Assembly: GCA_963701855.1 (NCBI GenBank)
Contig: CAVPBK010000006.1
Coordinates: forward strand, 896,001-960,000
Length of the DNA stretch: 64,000 nucleotides
DNA from: Nitrospirota bacterium
Lineage (GTDB): Bacteria; Nitrospirota; Nitrospiria; Nitrospirales; Nitrospiraceae
Direction of reading: 5' to 3'
Shown here: one piece after another, positions 19,251-27,869 of the stretch
Layout: every line of letters begins with the position of its first letter
Position numbering within the stretch: position 1 is the stretch's first letter
Translations under genes and position numbers: made by a program
Notes under the pieces: generated by a model
The model's input: only the letters and a program-made list of their open reading frames with translations
Databases searched by the model: none
What the model was told of the DNA's origin: nothing

Positions 19251-21362
19251 TTAGGATCTCGCTTTGCCGGTCAGGTTCGCGATCATATCCTTCAGGTTGC
19301 CGGTCTTCATGGCTTCTGCCATGTAGTCCTTGGCCTGTTCGATGCCCTCATGAGCCACTTCGGCCGTGATAACCACGACACCGATTTTATCGGCATGTTT
19401 CTCGATGAGGGCACGCGTACAATCGCGCATAAATCCTTCGGGTGCCCGATCGAGTCGAGTTTGAGCCTCCGGCATCCAGGTATAGGGAGAGGCCGGGGCA
19501 GATTCCACCACGCCGCCATTCCCGTGCCCCTGGCCGTTCTCGTGAGAGGCGGTCGCGCCATTGGCGCCACTCGTGGCCGCAGCCACGGTAGCCTGTGCTT
19601 CGGTCGAGGCACCGGTTCCCTTATTGGCAAAGATGGGGGTGTAGTCCTCTGAAGCCGCCTCTTGAATCATCGGTGCGGCATACTCCAGCGTGATGGTGGT
19701 CATGCCAAGTTTGCGGGCGGTCTTCTCGATTTTTGCCTTGGCGCGCCGGCGTTGGAAGCCCGCTGGAACTGCACGGATTCCTTCTTTAGCATCCTTCGTC
19801 CATTGCATGGGGACGTCATCATAGGCCAGATCGGTTTCGAGCACCCCTTCGACGTGCGCCGCCGCTTCAAAAAGAGACTTGTCAACCAGTTTGAAGCGGT
19901 CACCTCCGGCGGCGCAGACAGGACACTTGACGGGCGTCTCGCCCTTGCCGATGTAGCCGCAGCCGTCGCAAATGAAGTAGTCCTGGGTCATCCGGTCCAA
20001 GTAGGCTTGAGTATTTGCGCTCACTTTTGGCTTGTCTTCCACGATCTCAGTCATCATGCCGCTGAGAGTCGAGCCCATGAGATCCTTCAGCACGGACTCG
20101 TCAGCCTGCATTTTTTCTCGGTCGATGCCTGCGGCATCCAGGCTGCCGCCCAGAGCGTGCATGGCATCCATCGCGCCCTTGGGCAAGAGATGTCCCACAG
20201 CTGAGTCAACGACGGTGTTACTGATAATGGTATGACCCTTCTCGATGGCGTAGCGGTGAATCGCAGTCTTGGCGACGCCTCTGGCAAATACGGGGATCTT
20301 TTCCATTCGGCGGAGGGCCTCTTCAGTCCAGGCAATCGTGTACTCAGCCAGCGTGTCGATCGGCGGCACATACTTGCGGTTCGACACCAGAATATTGCAA
20401 GGCGCGGACCGCAAGAGATTTTCCGTATTGCTGCCGATGTCCATATCCTCGTCGCTGTGCACACCGATCCGTCCGACGATCAGCAAGGCCGGAATGTCCT
20501 TGCGCACGTATTGGATGATCTTTTCGAAGGCCTTGCCGTCCAGCAGAGTGGTCTTGACGTCTGTTTGCTCGGCCTGAGCGATTTCGCGGCAGATGTCAAG
20601 GTGAGACTGGTAGATCTTCGCGAGGCCGCTGTCGATGATTTCCTCGTGCAGCTTCTCCTGCTCTTTGAATCGGAACACCTTGCCGGCTTCCTCGTTGAGG
20701 ACGCCCGAGATACTGTGAAAGGCAGCATAGTGGAAATAGGGATCAAAGGCTGAGATGGCTTCGACCGGCATGTTGAATGCCTTACCTAACGCCAGGCCGG
20801 TCATGAGTCCGCCGAAGGAATAGGGGCTGCCATCCACGGCAACCACGATCCTTCCGCCGGTCATGGGCTGGGTTTGCTTGATGATCAGCATGTCAGAGTT
20901 CCGTACGCGGCGAAGCACACGCTCGGTGTTGCTGCCAATCACGCTGTCTTTCACCGCACCGACACCCAAGGCGCCCATGATGACCAAATCGTAGGCATTG
21001 GTATTGATGTCTTCGGCCAGCACCTTCCAGTTCCGTCCTTCGAGCGAGCGACGCTCGATCGGCAGGTTGTTTTCGGCGCATTTCTTATCGACGTAGTCGA
21101 GATAGGAGTCGGTAATGATCTGGAGGCCACGGGTAATCAGCGAATCGTGGATTTGGCGCTGCCGGTCGAGTTCTTTTTCATCGTGATACTCTTCGGGCAA
21201 ACCTGCTTCCATCTGCTTGAAGCGCTTGTCATGCATTTTAGCCGCGTAGACATGGCTGCCCACGATCTTAGAGCCGAAGGCTTTGGCAAAATGGACTCCG
21301 ACATCAACAGCTGTGTTGGAATGGTCGGAGTTATCGACCGGGACATAGATCGTCTTATACAT
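19251..21362 (-). CDS. multidomain protein: two Usp, PCP_red, rubredoxin-like, two more PCP_red
   Basis: YKTIYVPVDNSDHS/GSNTERV and IVVAVDGS/GSNTENL Usp motifs; CDGCGY...CPVC; three W-x3-A-x3-(L/M/I)-x3-P units. Confidence 0.85.
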   Translation of the reverse strand: MYKTIYVPVDNSDHSNTAVDVGVHFAKAFGSKIVGSHVYAAKMHDKRFKQMEAGLPEEYHDEKELDRQRQIHDSLITRGLQIITDSYLDYVDKKCAENNLPIERRSLEGRNWKVLAEDINTNAYDLVIMGALGVGAVKDSVIGSNTERVLRRVRNSDMLIIKQTQPMTGGRIVVAVDGSPYSFGGLMTGLALGKAFNMPVEAISAFDPYFHYAAFHSISGVLNEEAGKVFRFKEQEKLHEEIIDSGLAKIYQSHLDICREIAQAEQTDVKTTLLDGKAFEKIIQYVRKDIPALLIVGRIGVHSDEDMDIGSNTENLLRSAPCNILVSNRKYVPPIDTLAEYTIAWTEEALRRMEKIPVFARGVAKTAIHRYAIEKGHTIISNTVVDSAVGHLLPKGAMDAMHALGGSLDAAGIDREKMQADESVLKDLMGSTLSGMMTEIVEDKPKVSANTQAYLDRMTQDYFICDGCGYIGKGETPVKCPVCAAGGDRFKLVDKSLFEAAAHVEGVLETDLAYDDVPMQWTKDAKEGIRAVPAGFQRRRAKAKIEKTARKLGMTTITLEYAAPMIQEAASEDYTPIFANKGTGASTEAQATVAAATSGANGATASHENGQGHGNGGVVESAPASPYTWMPEAQTRLDRAPEGFMRDCTRALIEKHADKIGVVVITAEVAHEGIEQAKDYMAEAMKTGNLKDMIANLTGKARS

Positions 21363-21520
21363 CGAGATGTCTCCTCATGATGCCCTCCAGGCCAGGGCGA
21401 ACAAGAGTAATTCTCAAAATTTCCAAACGGTTGACGTACTTCTCTACCCTCAAAGAACGCACATGCTAGCACTCGCCCGAATTCGAATGCAAGGTGTCGA
21501 TGGGAACTGGTGGGACGACG

Positions 21521-23149
21521 TTAGGATGCCGGGGTTGCGACGGATTTTTCGCTCGACTCTTTTGCAGAGCGAAGGGATTGTCGGGAACGGAGTATTTCCT
21601 CCAGGGACAAGAGGGCGTCGCGTCCGGAGTTCCCCTCGATTCCTCGAATCAAATTTGCATCGGCGTAGGGGCCTGATTCTTTTGGGGCTTGGGACAGGGA
21701 GCCCGTCCACTTCCGTGGGTCCCTACTACCATCTTTACGTTCCCAGGCCATGAGGCAAGCCTTGGCGATGAACGAGTTCAGCGGCGCCGGGTTATAGAGG
21801 AGCTTTCTGATACTCGTCGGAGTCAGCATCAGAGGGTTATAACCGGCCGAGAGGTAGCCCTCTTCTAACAGCCGCTCTTCAAGGTCAGTATTCGGCTGAA
21901 TGCCCAAAAAGAACATCAGGGGGAAGACACGCTCTTCACCTAAGATCGAGGCGACCTTCTTATAGGACTCCACGCTTTGGAGCAAAGATTCCTCGGTTTC
22001 TTTTGGACTGTTCAGCGAATAGTTGAGGATGACTTTCCCCTTGAATCCCGCCTCCGCCAGATAGCGACAGCCATCGTAGAGCCGCTCAAGTTTGAATCCC
22101 ATATGGAGGTCGTTCAGCACCACTTGGGAGCCAGACGTAATGGCGACTTCGAGATCGCCGACACCGGATCGGACCATGAGCTTAGCTAGCTCCGGAGTGA
22201 TGAGCGACGTCCTGATATAGCCGGACCACTCAATCTCCAGCTTCTCGGCAAGGATCCGTTCAAGGATCTCGGTGCATTGGGGATAGGCTTCTTTCCCGGT
22301 AATAAACTGGGCATCCGTGAACCAGAAACGTCTGGCGCCCCATTGATGGTAGTGCTGAGAGATATCCTTAACGACCATAGAGGGCGGCCGATACCGCACC
22401 CGCTTTCCTTCAATGTAGGGATAGAGGCAGAACGCGCAGTCGTAGGGACAGCCTCGCTTCGACTGGACCCCGATGGATTCACCCAGATACTCCCGATGCT
22501 GCGGGAAGATCGTGGTCAGGTAGGGCAAGTCGACGGTCAGTGCATCCAGGAGGGCCGGCGAACCCTGCTGGCCCTTTCGAACGGTCTTTCCCTCCCGGAG
22601 GATATAGCGCTCGTTCTCCAGCGACTGACCTTCAATCACCTTGAGAATGGCGTCTTCGCCCTCCCCAAGAATCCCGATGGTGCCTTCCGGGAGTTTCTGA
22701 ATGAGCTGATCCGCAAAGGCGGTGAAGGCCCCGCCGCCGATCATGATCTGCGCCTTCGGGAACTCCTTCGCGATCAACCAGGGATAGGAGAGCGCCGCCC
22801 GGATATGGCTGTAGTAGCGGTAGAGCTGTTTCACCCCTGCAAACGAGGCGGCGATCCGCTTGAGTGGATTGCTCGCAAAGTAGAAATTAAACGCATGTTC
22901 CAGCGAGGAGTCTCCCTCATGGGGGGAAAAGATCTGAATGTCGCGCCAGGAGAAACAGACGAGGTCGGGCTTGAACTCGGTGGCGGCATCGCGAACCGCA
23001 CTGATCCGTTGGGCATCGGGAAAGAGAGAGAGATCGAGAATGCGCTGCCGCACATCAGGCTTGCGCCGATGAATAAAATCAGCAAGATAGGTCACACCGA
23101 TGGGATAGACCTTCTTGCAGGGAAGAAACACATACAGAATAGAATTCAT
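21521..23149 (-). CDS. B12-binding-domain radical SAM protein (resembles the cyanobacterial Slr0320-type family)
   Basis: LPCKKVYPIGVTYLAD, FSWRDIQIFSP, GGGAF, GEGE, KRGCPYDCAFCLYPYIEG, FWFTDAQF. Confidence 0.85.
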   Translation of the reverse strand: MNSILYVFLPCKKVYPIGVTYLADFIHRRKPDVRQRILDLSLFPDAQRISAVRDAATEFKPDLVCFSWRDIQIFSPHEGDSSLEHAFNFYFASNPLKRIAASFAGVKQLYRYYSHIRAALSYPWLIAKEFPKAQIMIGGGAFTAFADQLIQKLPEGTIGILGEGEDAILKVIEGQSLENERYILREGKTVRKGQQGSPALLDALTVDLPYLTTIFPQHREYLGESIGVQSKRGCPYDCAFCLYPYIEGKRVRYRPPSMVVKDISQHYHQWGARRFWFTDAQFITGKEAYPQCTEILERILAEKLEIEWSGYIRTSLITPELAKLMVRSGVGDLEVAITSGSQVVLNDLHMGFKLERLYDGCRYLAEAGFKGKVILNYSLNSPKETEESLLQSVESYKKVASILGEERVFPLMFFLGIQPNTDLEERLLEEGYLSAGYNPLMLTPTSIRKLLYNPAPLNSFIAKACLMAWERKDGSRDPRKWTGSLSQAPKESGPYADANLIRGIEGNSGRDALLSLEEILRSRQSLRSAKESSEKSVATPAS

Positions 23150-23201
23150 ATACTGCTCGACGCTGAATGTTTCAGAGTCCAGAAAATTTCAATTGAATAT
23201 T

Positions 23202-23984
23202 TCACTTCGTGGCCACATGGATTGCAACAATCCCGCCGCTTAAGTTGCGATACGTGACCTGACGAAAACCTACGTCGAGGAGCAACTGCTTCAACCGTTC
23301 CTGGTCCGGGAAGTTCCGAATGGAGGCAGGAAGATATTCGTAGACGCCGGTCGTGTCATGCGCCACCTTCGTGCCGATCCAAGGAAGAAGCCTGAACGAG
23401 TACCAATCATACAGTGTCCGCAGCCAACCAAAGACAGGTCGAGAAAACTCCAAACACACAAACCGCCCACCCGGTAGCAAAATGCGGTGAATATCCGTGA
23501 CTGCCTGCCGAAGATCGCCGACATTCCTCATGCAAAACCCTGTCGTCACGGCATGGAAGGTCCCATCGGGGAATCCCAGATGCTCGGCGTTGGCTTCGAG
23601 ACAGGTAATCTTCTGTCCCAAACCCCGCCCGGTGACTTTCTTCAGCCCCTCGACGAGCATGGCATGGTTGAGGTCGGAAGCAATGACGCGACCGTTGGTG
23701 CCCATGCGAGGTTCGACCAAGAGCGCAAGATCGGCTGTGCCGGATCCGACATCGAGTGCCCGGCCTCCCGTAGTAACGGGGACATAGGAGGCGGTAATTT
23801 TCTTCCACCGATAATGCAGTCCAAAACTCAGGAGCGTGTTGTTCAGGTCGTAGACGCTGGCGATCGACGTAAACATCCGCTGAACGGCCTGCTCACGGGC
23901 TGAGCCAGTCCAGGTCGAGACAGCGAGCGGAGCCGCTGGGGAGTCGGTCCCCTTCTGTACAGGGGGGGTATCCACATGCACCAT
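23202..23984 (-). CDS. ubiE: UbiE/MenG-family C-methyltransferase
   Basis: MFTSIASVYDLNN..LSFGLH, LDVGSGTAD, MRNV, CLEFS, YEYLPASI..FP; ATG 23984 preferred. Confidence 0.9.
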   Translation of the reverse strand: MVHVDTPPVQKGTDSPAAPLAVSTWTGSAREQAVQRMFTSIASVYDLNNTLLSFGLHYRWKKITASYVPVTTGGRALDVGSGTADLALLVEPRMGTNGRVIASDLNHAMLVEGLKKVTGRGLGQKITCLEANAEHLGFPDGTFHAVTTGFCMRNVGDLRQAVTDIHRILLPGGRFVCLEFSRPVFGWLRTLYDWYSFRLLPWIGTKVAHDTTGVYEYLPASIRNFPDQERLKQLLLDVGFRQVTYRNLSGGIVAIHVATK

Positions 23985-24036
23985 AAGACCGTGGTAGCAC
24001 CGGCCTTCCGGGTTTGTCAAGGTAGTCAAGTCCTCA

Positions 24037-24045
24037 TGCTATAAT
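24037..24045 (+). promoter_or_regulatory. extended -10 promoter of uvrA
   Basis: TG-C-TATAAT ending 10 nt before the uvrA ATG. Confidence 0.6.
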
Positions 24046-24055
24046 CCCGCCCCTG

Positions 24056-26563
24056 ATGCATAACTCGATCATCATTAAAGGAGCCCGGGAGCATAATCTC
24101 AAGAACATCGACGTGACGATCCCGCGCGACCGGCTCGTCGTGATCACGGGGCTGAGCGGGTCGGGCAAGTCTTCGCTGGCCTTCGACACCATCTATGCCG
24201 AAGGGCAACGGCGGTACGTCGAGTCGCTCTCGGCCTATGCCCGGCAATTCCTCGAACAGATGGGCAAGCCCGACGTCGATTCGATCGAAGGGCTCTCTCC
24301 CGCCATTTCCATCGAGCAAAAGAGCACCAGCCACAATCCTCGCTCCACGGTCGGCACCGTGACGGAAATTTACGACTATCTCCGTCTCCTCTTTGCCAGG
24401 GTCGGACGCCCTTCCTGCTTTCAATGCGGCGAAGAAATTACCGCGCAGACCGTGCAGCAAATGGTCGATGCCATTGGCCTGTTGCCGGAGGGGAGCAAGT
24501 TTCAGTTGTTGGCTCCGATCGTCCGTGGCAGGAAAGGGGAGTATCGAAAAGAACTCCTCGACATGCGCCGAGCCGGCTACGTCCGGGCCAGGGTCGATGG
24601 CCAACTGATTGATTTGGGTGAGGACATCGCGCTCGATAAACAGAAGAAACACACGATCGAAATCGTCGTCGATCGGCTGGTGATGAAGCAGGGGGAGACT
24701 ATGGCACGGCGGTTGGCCGATTCCGTGGAAACCTCGCTAAAACTCGCCGGTGGGCTGGTCGGGGTACTGACGGACAATGGGAAAGTGTCACTCTATAGCG
24801 AGAAGCTCGCCTGTATCCGCTGCGGCGTCAGTTACCCGGAAATCACCCCTCGCGTCTTTTCGTTCAACAGCCCCCATGGCGCCTGCCCGGCTTGCGACGG
24901 CATCGGCTACGCCTTGACCCCTGGCTCTCAGGACGATGAAGACTTCACGTTGCTGGAACCCTGCGAGATCTGCAAGGGCGCGAGACTGCGGCCTGAAAGT
25001 CTGTCCATCAAGGTAGCCACACAGTCGATTGCGGAGGTCACACATCTCTCCGTGCGAGCCGCTGCCGACTTCTTCAGTTCGTTAAAATTCACCGAACGCG
25101 AACTGGTGATCGCCCATCGCATCTTAAAAGAAATCCGCGAGCGTCTCGGATTTCTCGTCAACGTCGGTCTGGATTATCTGACATTGGATCGGGCTGCCGC
25201 TACCTTGTCCGGTGGAGAAGGCCAACGCATCAGGCTTGCCACGCAAATCGGTTCTGGCCTCGTCGGCGTCCTCTACATCCTCGACGAGCCGTCGATTGGT
25301 CTCCACCAGCGGGATAATCGGCGCCTGCTCCAAACCCTGCTGCGCTTGCGCGACCTGGGCAACACCGTCGTGGTGGTCGAACACGATGCAGAAACCATGA
25401 TGGCGGCGGACCATCTGCTGGATATGGGGCCTGGCGCCGGGACGCACGGGGGTCAGATCATTGCCCAAGGCACGCCGACTGACGTCATGGGGAATCTCGA
25501 CTCGCTGACGGGCCAGTATCTTCGTGGCACACAGATGGTCAGTCTGCCTCGCCGCCAGCGCAAGGCCAAAGGGTTGTTATCCATCGTGGGAGCCACGAAA
25601 CACAATCTCAAGGGGATGACCGCCAAGATTCCGCTCGGTCTGCTCACCTGTGTGACCGGCGTGTCGGGATCTGGAAAGAGCACGCTGGTGCTCGAAGTAC
25701 TGTTCCATTCCCTCTCCCAGCTGCTCTATCAGAAAAAACCGAAGATCGACGGCTGCAAGCAACTGCTAGGCGCCGGCGCGCTGGACAAGGTGATCGACAT
25801 CGACCAGTCCCCGATCGGCAGGACTCCGCGTTCGAATCCTGCAACCTATACTGGTCTATTCGGCTTCATCCGGGATCTCTACTCCAATCTGCCCGAGTCC
25901 CGCGTGAGGGGGTATAAACCCGGCCGCTATAGTTTCAATGTGAAGGGTGGACGCTGCGAGGCCTGCCAGGGCGATGGGTTGATCAAGATTGAAATGCATT
26001 TCCTGCCGGATGTCTATGTGACCTGTGAGGTCTGCAAGGGCCAACGGTACAACCGCGAGACGATGGAGATTCACCATAAGGGAAAGAGCATCGCCGACGT
26101 GTTGAATATGACGGTAGACGATGCCGTGGAGTTCTTCGAGCATATCCCCTTCATCAAGCGGAAGCTCGACACCTTGCACGATGTCGGGTTGCACTATGTG
26201 AAACTCGGCCAATCCGCCACGACCCTGTCCGGAGGCGAGGCGCAACGTGTCAAACTCTCGCGCGAACTATCGAAACGTCCGACCGGACGCACAATGTACA
26301 TTTTGGATGAACCGACGACCGGGCTTCATTTTGCCGACGTGCAGCGATTGCTGGATGTGTTGGATCGATTGGTGGAGGCGGGCAATACCGTGGTGGTAAT
26401 CGAACATAATCTCGATGTGATCAAGAATGCGGATTGGATTATCGATCTCGGCCCGGAGGGGGGCGATCGAGGCGGTGAGATCGTAGCAGAAGGACCACCG
26501 AAAGAAATTGCCAAATCGAAGCGGTCGTATACGGGACAGGTGTTGAAAGAAGCAGGGGTATAG
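24056..26563 (+). CDS. uvrA: excinuclease ABC subunit A
   Basis: [18 protein letters not shown], two LSGGE signatures, GVSGSGKST, zinc fingers. Confidence 0.97.
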   Translation: MHNSIIIKGAREHNLKNIDVTIPRDRLVVITGLSGSGKSSLAFDTIYAEGQRRYVESLSAYARQFLEQMGKPDVDSIEGLSPAISIEQKSTSHNPRSTVGTVTEIYDYLRLLFARVGRPSCFQCGEEITAQTVQQMVDAIGLLPEGSKFQLLAPIVRGRKGEYRKELLDMRRAGYVRARVDGQLIDLGEDIALDKQKKHTIEIVVDRLVMKQGETMARRLADSVETSLKLAGGLVGVLTDNGKVSLYSEKLACIRCGVSYPEITPRVFSFNSPHGACPACDGIGYALTPGSQDDEDFTLLEPCEICKGARLRPESLSIKVATQSIAEVTHLSVRAAADFFSSLKFTERELVIAHRILKEIRERLGFLVNVGLDYLTLDRAAATLSGGEGQRIRLATQIGSGLVGVLYILDEPSIGLHQRDNRRLLQTLLRLRDLGNTVVVVEHDAETMMAADHLLDMGPGAGTHGGQIIAQGTPTDVMGNLDSLTGQYLRGTQMVSLPRRQRKAKGLLSIVGATKHNLKGMTAKIPLGLLTCVTGVSGSGKSTLVLEVLFHSLSQLLYQKKPKIDGCKQLLGAGALDKVIDIDQSPIGRTPRSNPATYTGLFGFIRDLYSNLPESRVRGYKPGRYSFNVKGGRCEACQGDGLIKIEMHFLPDVYVTCEVCKGQRYNRETMEIHHKGKSIADVLNMTVDDAVEFFEHIPFIKRKLDTLHDVGLHYVKLGQSATTLSGGEAQRVKLSRELSKRPTGRTMYILDEPTTGLHFADVQRLLDVLDRLVEAGNTVVVIEHNLDVIKNADWIIDLGPEGGDRGGEIVAEGPPKEIAKSKRSYTGQVLKEAGV

Positions 26564-26571
26564 GCGGGATA

Positions 26572-26650
26572 ACCGAGTATCCTTTGTGCTCGCGCAACGC
26601 GCGGCCTAAGAAGGCCCTCGTTGGACGCGCGCAGTGAAGGATAACTCGGC
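26572..26650. repeat. REP-like palindromic repeat, copy 1
   Basis: GCTCGCGCAACGCGCGGCC..GAAGGC.CTCGTTGGACGCGCGCAG; near-identical inverted copy at 61432-61488. Confidence 0.8.
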
Positions 26651-26907
26651 CATCCCGCCGAGGAAGGGAGTAACACAACTCCGTCCATCTCCATCCCTTC
26701 CACCCCCGCGAAGAAATGGAAGGAAGTATGAAATAAACTCGAACCATTGTTTGTCGCGAATTCAATGCACGAGAGATAATAGCTTGGAGGTTATATAATC
26801 CGCTGCGCTGAAAGTTGTATTTTGTTGTTCGGACTGGAGGCTCGAAGATGGGAATATCAAATTCAATATTTTCGAAAGATAGGAGCTGAATACAAAAGCG
26901 ACTTTCT

Positions 26908-27462
26908 ATGACTCTGCTACCTGAGAATGATCGCATACGGATTTGGAATACGTTATTCCGCCAGGCGCGGAGCGAAGCCTGCAACCTTGCGAAGGCCTCA
27001 GGAAAAATTCCGAAAATCAGTTCGTTTCATCCTCGTTTCCTTCTGTCAGAAGGAGAGCAGTCACGGCTACTATTACTTGCCTACTGCACTCTGGCCATTG
27101 AGGCAAGAGTCAATCATCTTATCGACGAGCTGGTTGAAAAGGGGCGTCTGGACGAGCGGGAAGCAGTGTCGATTCAACGACTATCTGCTGACGCTAAGTG
27201 GTTCTTGCTTCCGAAGATTGCCGGAGTAAAGAAACGGTTGAGGCGAGATAGTAGTCCACACCAAGCAGTTGCTGAGATCTGTGCCCATCGCAACATTCTC
27301 TTTCACGTTAATTTCCGTCAACTGAAAGATGGTTTGCCTAACGCAGGAAAGATGCTCGCACTGTTTCGCGACTTCGTGGTCGCCATGGAGGATATGAATG
27401 TTCTTCTCCGACGAGTTAGGCGTCGTCGTAATCGGGTGCTCGACATCGGCTCCTTCTCGTGA
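26908..27462 (+). CDS. hypothetical protein, HEPN-like
   Basis: 184 aa, helical; AIEARVN early helix and RNILFH (R-x4-H); lower GC context. Confidence 0.6.
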   Translation: MTLLPENDRIRIWNTLFRQARSEACNLAKASGKIPKISSFHPRFLLSEGEQSRLLLLAYCTLAIEARVNHLIDELVEKGRLDEREAVSIQRLSADAKWFLLPKIAGVKKRLRRDSSPHQAVAEICAHRNILFHVNFRQLKDGLPNAGKMLALFRDFVVAMEDMNVLLRRVRRRRNRVLDIGSFS

Positions 27463-27561
27463 GCCTTGATAATTCTATCGCGGCATGCGAGTGAACAATA
27501 TAATCCAACAGTCATTGCGGTTGCTTTGCGATGAATCTACGGACAAAAGAGGTGAGGAATT

Positions 27562-27867
27562 ATGCAGACGATCCTAGTGCTAACTGTATCCAACATCTTC
27601 ATGGCGATCGCCTGATATGGGCATCTCAAGTACAAGGCCTCGCCTTTGTGGATCGTGATTCTCGTCAGCTGAGAGATTGCCTTCGTCGAGTATTGCTTTC
27701 AAGTGCCGGCGAATCGCATCGGCCATTACCATTCAACGCTGCCTAATTGAAAATCATCCAGGAAGTGATTACCCTGGTCGTGTTTTGCGTCTTTGTTGAA
27801 ATGGAACTATCTGGGTGGCTTTGCCATGATGATCGATGCCGCGTTTGTCATTTTTAAGGAGTGGTAG
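27562..27867 (+). pseudogene. DMT-family (DUF486-type) membrane protein pseudogene
   Basis: MQTILVLTVSNIFMAIA*YGHLKY...VS*EIAFVEYCFQVPANRIG, then a frameshift to LKIIQEVITLVVF and WNYLGGFAM; two in-frame TGA. Confidence 0.85.
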
Positions 27868-27869
27868 CG

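Noticed and set aside
27562..27867. TGA-as-Trp recoding in the DMT gene
   Set aside because: The gene also has a frameshift, and TGA is used as a normal stop throughout the window
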